The notes under the pieces are model-generated. The model did not search any database and was not told the origin of the DNA. It worked only from the letters and a program-made list of their open reading frames with translations. Source: an uncultured delta proteobacterium (GTDB lineage: Bacteria > Myxococcota > B64-G9). Taken from it: DNA of 64,000 nt. Shown one piece after another: positions 48,252-57,672 of this stretch (within the stretch, counting starts at the first letter, position 1; each line of letters begins with the position of its first letter). Position numbers and translations under genes: made by a program. The stretch covers positions 1,376,001 through 1,440,000 of the forward strand of contig CAVWHX010000004.1 in assembly GCA_963754925.1 (NCBI GenBank), given 5' to 3'.

Positions 48252-49271
48252 ATGAAAAAGAAACTTTCAACACTCGGCGAGTTTGGGGTGATCGATATCC
48301 TTGCTCGCGATATCAAGCCACGGCACTCGTGGGTCAAAACCGGGATTGGTGACGATTGTGCAGTTCTTGATATCGGCGGGGGACAATCTCTCCTGGTGAC
48401 CACCGATATGCTTATCGAACGGGTTCATTTCTTACCCAAAAAAATAACTCCCTACCAAGTTGGCTGGAAAGCGCTAGCGGTTAATGTCAGCGATATCGCC
48501 GCCATGGGAGGGGAGCCCAAGGCAGCATTCCTCGCGCTCGGACTTTTTCCCGAATCAGATGAAGAATTTGTGCGTGAGTTCAAGCATGGATTAACTACCT
48601 GTGCAGACGAATTCGGATTGGATCTCCTCGGGGGTGATACCGTTGCGACGCCAGCCGATGTGACCGTATGTTTAACTGTGCTGGGCACTGCACCGGCAAA
48701 TCAAGTTGTGTTCAGGAAAGGAGCGAAACCCGGCGATCTCATTTGGCTTGGCGGCGTGGTTGGCGACAGCGCGGCGGGACTGCATCTGTTACTCGGAAAA
48801 CCCGGAAACCTACCCAAGCGCCAGCGTGATCAGCTGGTGCGGGCGCACCTCGAGCCGCGACCCCAAGTAGAGCTCGGTCGCTGGCTCGCGAAAAACTCGC
48901 TTGCCACCGCCATGATCGATGTGAGTGACGGGGTGCTTCAGGATTTGTGGCATATCTGCACCCAAAGCGGGGTAGGGGCCGAAGTTGATGCCGATACGTT
49001 GCCGTTGTCGAAGGCAGCACGGCAGCTTGCCTCTTCGGAAGGTGGCGATGCACGCGAATGGGCGCTTTCAGGCGGCGAGGACTATGTCCTGCTGTTTTGC
49101 ACCTCGCCTGAAAAACGCGATGAAGTATTGTCGGCATTTCCTGGCTCAACAATCAAGCATAGGCCCACGGAGATCGGCCGTATCACGACCGAGCGCCGAC
49201 TTCGCGTAGGTTTCCACGGAGTCTGGTGCGAACGAGCGCCCTCTGGTTACGATGCATTTAAGGGAAAATAG
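48252..49271 (+). CDS. thiL: Thiamine-monophosphate kinase
   Basis: GEF..I, GIGDDCAV, AVNVSDIAAMGG, GGDT, MIDVSDG, GGEDY. Confidence 0.96.
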   Translation: MKKKLSTLGEFGVIDILARDIKPRHSWVKTGIGDDCAVLDIGGGQSLLVTTDMLIERVHFLPKKITPYQVGWKALAVNVSDIAAMGGEPKAAFLALGLFPESDEEFVREFKHGLTTCADEFGLDLLGGDTVATPADVTVCLTVLGTAPANQVVFRKGAKPGDLIWLGGVVGDSAAGLHLLLGKPGNLPKRQRDQLVRAHLEPRPQVELGRWLAKNSLATAMIDVSDGVLQDLWHICTQSGVGAEVDADTLPLSKAARQLASSEGGDAREWALSGGEDYVLLFCTSPEKRDEVLSAFPGSTIKHRPTEIGRITTERRLRVGFHGVWCERAPSGYDAFKGK

Positions 49272-49293
49272 TCCTGACCCGTTTACGCTCCAC

Positions 49294-50031
49294 CTATCCT
49301 GCGCCCTGCATGCGCAGCGGCCGTTCCAGGTGATTGTCTAGCAGGAGCGCCTCATCGGCGAAGATGGCAGGCGTGGGACCGTCGGCCGCGACCTTGCCGT
49401 GGTCGAGGATGATGGTGCGTTCGCACAGGTCAAGCACCAAGTCCAGGTCGTGCGTAGCGATGAGCTTGGTATGCGTGAAGGTCTTTAAGAGCTCGATCAA
49501 TTGGCGCCTGGTGTACGGGTCAAGACCGGCGCTGGGTTCGTCCATTATCAGGATATCGGGTGACATAGCCAGCACCGTGGCAATGGCTACGCTCCTTTTT
49601 TCGCCGCCCGAGAGCTTATACGGCGGCCGGTGCTTGAGGTGTAGCGCCCCGACCCTTGTCAAGGCGCCGTCCACCACGGCCGAGATTTCGTCCGGCGGCA
49701 CACCCTGGTTGAGCGGCCCGAAAGCCACATCGTCAAAGACCGTGGGCATGAAGAGCTGGTCGTCCGGGTCCTGGAAGATCATGCCCACCCGGCCGCGCAC
49801 CTGGGCCAGGTTCTGCCGGGTCAGGGGATGATCGCCGATATGCACGCTGCCGTGGTTGGGAAAGAGACAGCCGGTCAGGTGCATGAGTACAGTAGACTTG
49901 CCGGCGCCATTGGCGCCCACGATGCCTACGGATTCCCCGTGTATAATCCGGAAATTGATGTTGTCCAACGCTGGAGTGCCGTCTGGATAGGCATAGCTCA
50001 GATCCTTAACCTCCACGATATGATGGCTCAT
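49294..50031 (-). CDS. Ni/Co ECF transporter ATPase (NikO/CbiO)
   Basis: GANGAGKS, FQDPDDQLF, LSGGEK, MDEP, ATHD. Confidence 0.93.
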   Translation of the reverse strand: MSHHIVEVKDLSYAYPDGTPALDNINFRIIHGESVGIVGANGAGKSTVLMHLTGCLFPNHGSVHIGDHPLTRQNLAQVRGRVGMIFQDPDDQLFMPTVFDDVAFGPLNQGVPPDEISAVVDGALTRVGALHLKHRPPYKLSGGEKRSVAIATVLAMSPDILIMDEPSAGLDPYTRRQLIELLKTFTHTKLIATHDLDLVLDLCERTIILDHGKVAADGPTPAIFADEALLLDNHLERPLRMQGAG

Positions 50032-50837
50032 CGTAGGCCCTCCACGTAGCTTCCTAGGAGCATGGGGAGGTTGTACGTCCGCGCCAGGAAAAAGAAGAGG
50101 CCCCAGGCTAGAACAAAGACAATATCCAAGACGTCGGCCTGGAACGATCGCGCCAGACGGATGCGGCCGTCGAAAGCGCGGCAGAGCATGGCCTGGTGTA
50201 TATGCTGGGCGCGGCTTAACGTGCGCAGCAGCAACTGGCCGGAGAGGCTGCCGTAAACGCGCATCGCCACGCCGCGAGCGCCCGGGGAGCGTAGCATATA
50301 CGCCCGCCGAATACGCAAGGCCTCCTCCACTAGGATGAACAAGTAGCGGTACAGGAATAGGAGTTGGACTACGAAAACGCGCGAAATCTTAAGCCGTTCC
50401 AGGGCCAGGCACACGGACTCGAACCCGGTGACGGCGATCAGGATCAAGGCCGCACTCACGGTCAGGACGAAGCGCAGCAGGATGGACGCAAAGGAAATGA
50501 GCCCGCCCGAGATGGGTATTGATCCGAACTGCATGACGATCTGATGGTCAAGGAAGGGATTAAAGATCCCGATCATGACTGCGAACGGCGAGGCGATCAG
50601 AAGCTTGCGGGTGATGGCGCGCACGGGGATATTGCCCAGGGCGATGATGGTCACGGGATAGAGCACCAGCGGCAGGAGCGCGGATACGGCATATTTGTCG
50701 AAGGAAATGACCGTGACGATGAACATCGCGGTCGCGATCAGCTTGGCTCTGGGGTCCCGGCGATGGATGCATGTATTTTGGGAGGCCAGTTCGTTGAGCC
50801 CCCCGATGGTTAAGAGCGCGGTATCAAGGCTGGCCAT
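50028..50837 (-). CDS. Ni/Co ECF transporter T component (NikQ/CbiQ)
   Basis: IHRRDPRAKL, FLYRYLFIL.EE, AMLCRAFDG. Confidence 0.93.
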   Translation of the reverse strand: MASLDTALLTIGGLNELASQNTCIHRRDPRAKLIATAMFIVTVISFDKYAVSALLPLVLYPVTIIALGNIPVRAITRKLLIASPFAVMIGIFNPFLDHQIVMQFGSIPISGGLISFASILLRFVLTVSAALILIAVTGFESVCLALERLKISRVFVVQLLFLYRYLFILVEEALRIRRAYMLRSPGARGVAMRVYGSLSGQLLLRTLSRAQHIHQAMLCRAFDGRIRLARSFQADVLDIVFVLAWGLFFFLARTYNLPMLLGSYVEGLR

Positions 50838-50851
50838 GACGCAATCCTATC

Positions 50852-50974
50852 GCGGCTGACGAGAAACGGCCATCTGCTGCGTTACACGAATCCTTCGCCG
50901 CTGCGACGTACATTAAGTACGCCTCACTCCTCAGGATCCGTGCGCCTTGCATCTGGCCATTTCTCCTCAGCCGC
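50852..50974. repeat. Divergent family B MITE-like repeat between the M and Q genes
   Basis: Ends GCGGCTGACGAGAAACGGCCATCTGC / GCATCTGGCCATTTCTCCTCAGCCGC; core GCGACGTAC-N-AGTACGCCTC. Confidence 0.82.
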
Positions 50975-51060
50975 AACCAAATATCTACTCAAAGTGCGTG
51001 CATCTTACGAACAAAAAATCCATAGATCCCCCGCGCTCTGGTCAATCCCGAACGTGTCCG

Positions 51061-52110
51061 CTAGATGGAATTGCCCAGCTTGCGCAGGACAAAACCGATG
51101 CAGCCGGCCAGGATCAAGGTCATTCCCCCACCGACGATGCCGGAGACCGAGGTGCCGGCGCTGATTCTGGGCCACGCCTTGGCGGCTTTGGGCTCGGCGG
51201 TTTGGGCGGTTCCCTGCGCCTCAGTCGGGGTCCTGAAATCATAATCGGGCAGGAGGGCCGTTTGTTCCTGGATGCGCGCCAGATTGCCACGGATGGCATC
51301 AGCGGGACCGGCGAGTTCTTCCTTGCCGGAGGTACGGAGCAGGGCCCATTCCAGTCCGTCGGGATGCGTCGAGGCGAACCAGGCCAGAATGCCGCCGGTG
51401 AACATGGCCGCGACGGCCAGGCCGATAAGCAAAGGACGCAGGGAGAAATTCCCGGGCGTCCTCTCGTAAGCGGTCGGCTCAAGGACTTCGGGTCGCGCCC
51501 GCCAGACAAAGGTGACCACGGCGCTGGTCACAAAAGCTTCCACGATGCCGATGGCCAGATGGATGGGCTGCATGAGCAGCGCGAAGGTGGTGAAGGGCAG
51601 CTCGCTTACCCCGGAGGCGAGCGTTTCCAGCACCACGCTGAAGGCCCCTAGCTGCAGGCCGACGATGGCGGCCAGCGACCCGCCCAGGAAGATTCGGCGC
51701 GGTGTGGGATTGAGCCCCACAATAGGTTCATAGATGAACGGGTAGGCCAGGAAACACGGCCAGAAACCGAGGTTGAAGATATTACACCCCAGGGCCAAGA
51801 GGCCTCCGTCCCCGAAGAACAGGGCCTGCACCGTGAGCACCGAAGCCATGGTGAGAAAGGCGGCATGTGGTCCGAGCAGAATTGCCAGGATCATACCCCC
51901 TCCCAGGTGGCCGCTGGAGCCGGTAGCCGGGATGGTGAAGTTGATCATCTGGGCGGCGAAGATGAAGGCCCCCAGCACCCCCATGAGCGGCACGCGGCTA
52001 TCATTGGACTCATTCTTCAGCTTGCCTGCGGAATACACGGTCAGCCCGGCCGTGGTAAGCCACAGGGCGCCACCAACCGCGGGTGAAATTAAGGCGTCGG
52101 CCATATGCAT
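51061..52110 (-). CDS. Ni/Co ECF S component fused to PDGLE domain (NikMN-like)
   Basis: MHMADA metal-binding N-terminus, FAAQMINF...GSSGH, DGGLLALGCN, PDGLE. Confidence 0.93.
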   Translation of the reverse strand: MHMADALISPAVGGALWLTTAGLTVYSAGKLKNESNDSRVPLMGVLGAFIFAAQMINFTIPATGSSGHLGGGMILAILLGPHAAFLTMASVLTVQALFFGDGGLLALGCNIFNLGFWPCFLAYPFIYEPIVGLNPTPRRIFLGGSLAAIVGLQLGAFSVVLETLASGVSELPFTTFALLMQPIHLAIGIVEAFVTSAVVTFVWRARPEVLEPTAYERTPGNFSLRPLLIGLAVAAMFTGGILAWFASTHPDGLEWALLRTSGKEELAGPADAIRGNLARIQEQTALLPDYDFRTPTEAQGTAQTAEPKAAKAWPRISAGTSVSGIVGGGMTLILAGCIGFVLRKLGNSI

Positions 52111-52142
52111 CGGAATACCTCTGGAATACCTCGTGGTTTTGA

Positions 52143-52169
52143 GTATCACGAATGTATAATTCGTAACAA
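52143..52169. promoter_or_regulatory. Putative NikR operator upstream of nikMN
   Basis: GTATCAC-N13-GTAACAA; same geometry as the perfect palindrome at 52739. Confidence 0.7.
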
Positions 52170-52335
52170 CTTAATAAATATTATCGCTTGGTGCGTCACC
52201 GGTGCAGATCCCAGCGCTCGCGAATTTATGTTAGCATTGACTACGTTGAATGCGATCGATCACTGATCCGGGAAAACCAATCGAGAAGATACAGGTGGCC
52301 CTCGAAGATGGGTAAGAGGTTCCTACTCGCCTGTA

Positions 52336-52599
52336 TTAATGAGTGTGGGTATGGGCCTCTTTCTCATGTTTCCCGTGTGCGTGATCGTGGCTACCATGCT
52401 CTTTTATGTGGTTGTGGTTATGAGTGCTTGAGCCGGCGCCGTGCTTGTGGGCGTGTTTGTGTTCATGGGCATGCTCATGGCTGTGCTTGTGTTCGTGTTC
52501 GTGTGAATGCGCCGTATCTCCATGGGCATGTTTGTGCTCATGAAGATGAGGGTGTCCATGAGCATGTAGATGTTTGTGTTCGTGGTTTCCATCGATGAT
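52336..52599 (-). CDS. His-rich (HxHxH) small protein, putative nickel storage protein or chaperone; not in ORF track
   Basis: Manual translation IIDGNHEHKHLHAHGHPHLHEHKHAHGDTAHSHEHEHKHSHEHAHEHKHAHKHG...HTHTH*; 34 His in 87 codons; GGAGG 6 nt before an ATC; start unresolved. Confidence 0.8.
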   Translation of the reverse strand: MIDGNHEHKHLHAHGHPHLHEHKHAHGDTAHSHEHEHKHSHEHAHEHKHAHKHGAGSSTHNHNHIKEHGSHDHAHGKHEKEAHTHTH

Positions 52600-52634
52600 A
52601 CTTAACCTCCGTTCATGGTTCTTGAATATAGTAT

Positions 52635-52664
52635 AGTATAAGAGAAATGGAATTAAAATCTCAA
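52635..52664 (-). promoter_or_regulatory. Sigma70-like promoter for the His-rich gene
   Basis: TTGAGA-18 nt-TATACT on the minus strand. Confidence 0.5.
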
Positions 52665-52738
52665 ATCCGACCTTTGTTCTTCTCTAGGTTCGGCGTAGCT
52701 CATTTTCACTTGACAAGCGAGGATCGCTTGTGGTTAAG

Positions 52739-52765
52739 GTATTACGATTTTATATTTAGTAATAC
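52739..52765. promoter_or_regulatory. Putative NikR operator upstream of the lipoprotein-TBDR-ECF operon
   Basis: Perfect palindrome GTATTAC-N13(AT-rich)-GTAATAC downstream of TTGACA (52710-52715). Confidence 0.8.
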
Positions 52766-52793
52766 CAATATCAACTGGAAAGGAGCACCTACG

Positions 52794-53288
52794 ATGAGGA
52801 TTTTCACAAAAGCCGTTGCGTTGTTTTTCGTGTCATCGACATTGCTGTTAGGTTGCGGCGATGACAAGGGTTCTGCCGTGGTCTCGATTATGAATGACTT
52901 CAATGATTCCACTATGGCCTATCAGCCGCCGTGGACGATCTGCGAGTCGTCGTACCTCGGTGTTGAGTTCGGGAAGATCGAACTCGGAGCAACCAGCGCG
53001 AAGCAGAAGGTTGTTCCCGGTCTGGACTATGTTCTGATGGTGGCGGCCTGGGATGATACGACCTGCGCGGTGGAGCACTGCCTGCCCCTCGCCTCGGAGA
53101 ACGAGGAGGAGGTGGTGGACGGCCAAACCCGGACCATCGCCATAAACATGGCGAACCATCAGGGCCCCTGTCCACCCGAGGGCGTAGCGCCCATACCCGA
53201 GGCGCAGTACGACCGCATCCTACAACTGTGGCCTGAATACAACTTCAAGCCCTACGCGCAGAGAACTGAAAACACGGAGTGTCAATAA
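52794..53288 (+). CDS. Cys-containing lipoprotein 1 (unknown family)
   Basis: RBS AAGGAG; MRIFTKAVALFFVSSTLLLG-C lipobox; five further Cys. Confidence 0.85.
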   Translation: MRIFTKAVALFFVSSTLLLGCGDDKGSAVVSIMNDFNDSTMAYQPPWTICESSYLGVEFGKIELGATSAKQKVVPGLDYVLMVAAWDDTTCAVEHCLPLASENEEEVVDGQTRTIAINMANHQGPCPPEGVAPIPEAQYDRILQLWPEYNFKPYAQRTENTECQ

Positions 53289-53373
53289 AAATGGCTTTCC
53301 CACTTTCTCGGCTGCTTGCCATGCCATTACGTACATAATGCTAGAACGATCGAGCAGAGGTTTTTGCAGAAGC

Positions 53374-53847
53374 ATGAGCTTGTCGATAAAAGTGCCCATC
53401 ATTCTTATGCTGCTTGTTTGCGGCGGCTGCGACCTTGAGTATCCGGAGGTCGCGGTCATCAATAAAACCGCCGAGTACATCTTAATCAAGAACCCAAGCT
53501 TCAACGGATGCGTGTGGAACACCGTCCTCGCTTACGGAGCCGCGACCTCGCCGGGGCGCTGCCTTCCTGGCGACGACCACGTCCACTTCCAAAAGCTGGA
53601 TGTTCAAGCGTACTGCCAAGAGCAAGCTGAAGACGGCACCTTGCCTGGCGTTTGCCCGTGTGACGGGGGTGTTGCGATTTCGCCGGACGGCGGCGTCGAC
53701 CAGGGTCTCGTGAACGCGGTACCGCTCTGGTTTAACTACGAGACCGTCTCAATCAAGCATGTCAACTATGGGCAATTTCATCTCTTCGAAATCACTCTCG
53801 ACGACATGGAACAGGACTTCTCTATGCCCGGCCCCTATGGCCATTGA
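53374..53847 (+). CDS. Cys-containing lipoprotein 2 (unknown family, weakly similar to lipoprotein 1)
   Basis: LLVCGG-C lipobox; five further Cys; ends GPYGH; start 53338 or 53374. Confidence 0.8.
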   Translation: MSLSIKVPIILMLLVCGGCDLEYPEVAVINKTAEYILIKNPSFNGCVWNTVLAYGAATSPGRCLPGDDHVHFQKLDVQAYCQEQAEDGTLPGVCPCDGGVAISPDGGVDQGLVNAVPLWFNYETVSIKHVNYGQFHLFEITLDDMEQDFSMPGPYGH

Positions 53848-55747
53848 GGAGCATGTCGATGAAGGCGGCTCCTTGGTTGTTAATCGCGTTGTTGATGGTA
53901 TCCGTCACCGCACGAGCCAACGACGAGCCGCCTCTGCCGCCGGATAACATCGCCGACGCACAGCCGCCGTCGAACGAGCCCACCGAAGAAGTGGTGGTGG
54001 TTGGCCGCAAACCAATCTCAGCGGACCGCACGCAGGATGCAACGCAGGTCGACGGCCAGCGCATTCGTGACAGCTCACGCGGCGGCACGTTCGATGCGCT
54101 CTCGCAAGATGCAGCCGACGTGTATGTGCCCGGGGGTGGCGTCGCTTTGCACGGCGTGTCTAACGGAGCAACGGGCGGCATCATGATTCGCGGTCTCGGA
54201 GGAAGCCCCAATTCTCAGGTTCTCGTGGTCGAGGATGGCGTGCCCGACTACCAGGGAATCTTTGGTCACCCGATTCCCGACGCTTATATACCAACCCTTA
54301 TCGACGAGGCGTTGGTCATAAAGGGGGGCGATTCGACCCTATACGGCACCAATGCCATGGGCGGCGTCGTGGTTATCCGCAGTCGTTGGCGCGACCAGGA
54401 GGGATACGAGTTCTTGAATGATGCCGCTTACGGTAGCTATGCGACGCTGCGCGAATCCGCGTCCTTCCTCGGGCGCTTCGGCGCCTGAGATGTCGCCGCG
54501 GCGTTTTACGACCTGAAGACGGACGGACACCGGGAGGGCGCCGGCGGTAACGACATGGTCGGGACGACCGCGTTGCGGTACCGAGTATTGCCGGACCTTT
54601 GCGTCACTTTAAGAAACAAAGTCGTTCATGTCGAGGGCGGCGACCCAGGTCCCGTCACCAACCCGACGATCGATCACTGGTTCGATGTCTGGCGCGACAA
54701 TGCCTCGCTCCAACTTGCCTATACGCCCGAAGCGTTTCGTCTCACATTCACTCCTTACTTGAATGTGGAATTCATCGCCTCTATGACGGGTTCTATGCCC
54801 AAGACTACGTTGGCGGGGGTATCGGCGAGTTGGATATGCGCCTGCATCGTACGACGAAACTGCTTGTTGGGCTTGCGGCTGAGTGGATTGATGGCACGGT
54901 GAAAAATCGTATCACGGGCGTGCGGCCGAATGTCCGCGGCCATTCGGATACCTCCTTTTACAATCAGCTCACCCTGCGGCCGGTCGATTCTCTAACTATT
55001 ACGTTGGGAAGCCGGGAGCTTTAAAGCAGCAAGTATGGCTTCGTGCCTCTCTACAAAGCCGGCGCACGGCTTGGATATCGGCCAGGGCTTTCTACCTGCA
55101 ACGCCGCGTGTCCCGGAACTTCCGGCAGCCGACTATTCGCGAGCTCTACCTGCCGTACCCGACGGCCAACCCCGACCTCAAGCCGGAGTACGCGCTCAAC
55201 GGGGACTTCGGCGCCGGCTTACGTTCGGAGCACTTCGAGCTCGCTGCAGCGGCTACCGCACCGAGGCCCAGGACCTCATCAAGTACTTCGGCGTGTGGCC
55301 CTCCGCCGAGGTCGTCAACATCGACCACATCGTCATCTGGGGCGTCGAGGGCGCGGGTCGCGCGTGCAAGCGGATCGGGCCGCTCTCGGCCTATCGTCAC
55401 CGGCGACTGGCAGGACGTCGGCCGCTACACGCGGCAGAACCCGGATGCGAAGGTCAATTTCACCCTGGAAGTCACACAGGAATTCGGCGCCCACTTCTTC
55501 TTCGCCAGCCTGACCGGCGAATGGGTGCACGGCCTCTACATGGCAGACTACAACCGGCAGCCGCATCCCGGACGTCTTTGTGATGGACTCGGCCCTGCGC
55601 TACCGCTATACGTCTGCGGAGAGCGCGGCATCGCCATCGAGCCGTACTGTTCTCCTGCGCAACTTCCTCGACCGGCGTTACGCCTACGTCGAGGGCTATC
55701 CGATGCCCGGCTTCAACGTCCTCGCCGGGCTGAAGATCGGGATCTGA
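53844..55747 (+). pseudogene. TonB-dependent receptor, interrupted by two in-frame stops and several indels
   Basis: EEVVVVG TonB box, IRGLGG...VLVVEDGVP and IKGGDSTLYGTNAMGGVV plug, NPDLKPE, C-terminal GYPMPGFNVLAGLKIGI; TGA 54486-88, TAA 55022-24. Confidence 0.85.
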
Positions 55748-55748
55748 A

Positions 55749-56287
55749 ATGAGCAGTCGCCTACTCACCTCGCGAGCTCGCATACTGCGGGCCTGTTCGG
55801 CGCCGCGTCTCTGCTGCTACCCGTGCTCTTCCACCTGGTCCACCTGGGCACGTCTTCATGCCCATGTACCTTCCGCTTGTGATTGCTTGCTTTTTTTGTC
55901 GGTCCATTGCCGGCCGCCGTCACCGCGTTCATTGTGCCATTGCTGTCGGGGGCCGTGACCGGCATGCCGCCCTTCTATCCGCCGGTGGCGATCTTCATGG
56001 CGATCGAGCTTGCTACGATGGCGGCGCTGATTGCTTCCCTAGTTCGCCGCTGGCCGCGAATCAACGAATGGTTGGTGTTGATTCCGGTTCTTCTGCTTGG
56101 GCGGGTTCTCTATGTCGGGCTGGTGTATGGCTTCTCTCTGGTCATTGCACTCCCGGCGGGCTTCATGGCCGGCATGTCCTTCCTGAGCGGCTGGCCCGGC
56201 ATCATCCTGATGGTCGTCGTGGTGCCGCCGTGGCAAGAGTGGGGCGAGAGGACGGCTCGGCTTGGGGTTGAGCGCGAAAAGGAGTAA
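55749..56287 (+). CDS. ECF transporter S component (frameshifted)
   Basis: Joined frames give LLLPVLFHLVHLGHVFMPMYLP...PLLSGAVTGMPPFYP...SGWPGIILMVVVVP. Confidence 0.75.
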
Positions 56288-56292
56288 GTCGA

Positions 56293-56904
56293 ATGAACAC
56301 AAACCAAGGGGCCATGTTCTTCGATGGCATCGCAGAGAAGTGGGACGGCTGGGAGGACCTGGACGAGCTCGCGCGCAAGCTTGCCGCGGGTCTCGAGGAG
56401 CTGGGGGTAGGCAGAGACGAGACGGTGCTCGACATCGGTTGCGGGACGGGCAATCTCACCCGAGCGCTCCTCGCCCGACTTCCCCTGCCGGCCGGGTGGT
56501 GGCCGTCGACATCTCGCCGCGCATGATCGAGATTGCGCGCCGCAAGGTTAGTGACGGGCGGGTCACGTGGCACGCCGGCGACGCTCGATCGCTGCCCCTC
56601 GCGGATGCGTCATGCGACCGCGTCATATGCTATTCGGTGTGGCCGCACTTTGACGACCGTGCGGCGATCGCGAACTGAGCTAAGCAGAGTGCTGAGGCCC
56701 GAGGGCTGTCTTCACATCTGGCACTTGATGGCGCGAGAACGCGTCAATGAGATCCACGCTGCGGCGGATGCGGCGGTGCGGCATGACCTGCTGCCACCTG
56801 CACGGGAAACGGCACAACTGCTCGCCGTCGCCGGATTCCAAATCACAACCGTTGTCGAAAATCAGGAGCGCTACCTGGTAACGGCGATCAAACTGGCACG
56901 GTAG
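56293..56904 (+). CDS. Class I SAM-dependent methyltransferase (frameshifted)
   Basis: FFDGIAEKWD, VLDIGCGTG, VAVDISPRM, YSVWPHF, RVLRPEG, HLMARERVNEIH across three frames. Confidence 0.82.
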
Positions 56905-56910
56905 GTAATC

Positions 56911-57672
56911 ATGCGAACGCCATGGCACAAGATCTGGGGATGTGCGCGAGGCCCGGTCACGGGTCTGGCTCCGCATACCCGTATTGTGACCGGCGCCACG
57001 ATGTTCGCCGCCTGCATGGTGACCCCAGCTGACACCGTTATCGGGTCGTTTCTCGTCATGGGCATTGCTGTGGCGTGGACAATCGCGTGCCGGCCACCGC
57101 TTAACGTTGTAGGCGCCACGCTGTTTTTCGGACTAGCGCTGTTTCTACCATACTTCCTGCTGGTGCCTCTTATTCCGGTAGATTCCTCCCTTGCGTCGGA
57201 ACACTGGCAGCGGGCGTTTGTCGTCCCTTGGAGCGTTCTGCTTCGCGGACTCAGCGGTATGTTGATCTCGATAGGCACAGCGGCCGCGTTGAGCGCAAGC
57301 GATTTGCGGGAGGGGCTGGTTCGTCTTCCCGTTCCGACCGTAGTGACCGCGATTTTGCTACAAATTGTTCATCAGACAGCGACGCTTTTTTATGAGACCA
57401 GGCGGGTGGCCTCGGCCGTGGCTGTGCGCGGGGCGTCGACCGGTGGTGTCGCCGTGTGGCGCGTGCTCTTTTCGCTGCCGCGCGTTTGGCTTCCACGGAT
57501 CATCGTGCGCGCGGAACGGGTGGCGGCCGCCATGGAGCTACGGGGCTACTGCGACGGCGACCTCCGGCCTTTTCAGCGGGTCACGATGGGAGTTGCCGAC
57601 GGCGTCGCCCTCGTGCTGGCCGTCGGTGTATTGGGGTTGGCGGCGACTATCCGCCTCTGGAGCATTCGATGA
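56911..57672 (+). CDS. ECF transporter T component
   Basis: Several TM segments, AVAVRG and AMELRGY coupling motifs. Confidence 0.88.
   Translation: MRTPWHKIWGCARGPVTGLAPHTRIVTGATMFAACMVTPADTVIGSFLVMGIAVAWTIACRPPLNVVGATLFFGLALFLPYFLLVPLIPVDSSLASEHWQRAFVVPWSVLLRGLSGMLISIGTAAALSASDLREGLVRLPVPTVVTAILLQIVHQTATLFYETRRVASAVAVRGASTGGVAVWRVLFSLPRVWLPRIIVRAERVAAAMELRGYCDGDLRPFQRVTMGVADGVALVLAVGVLGLAATIRLWSIR

Noticed and set aside
52190..52335. Cobalamin or NiCo riboswitch upstream of the M component
   Set aside because: No B12-box or four-way junction recognised; a NikR-like box explains regulation better
52188..52598. Cys/Val-rich plus-strand ORF and the METTNTN minus-strand ORF
   Set aside because: Both are alternative-frame shadows of the His-codon repeat; the His frame has the RBS, promoter and fitting context
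54486..54488. Selenocysteine read-through of the in-frame TGA in the TBDR
   Set aside because: The position fits Trp in a barrel strand, there is no convincing SECIS, and the gene has a further TAA and several indels
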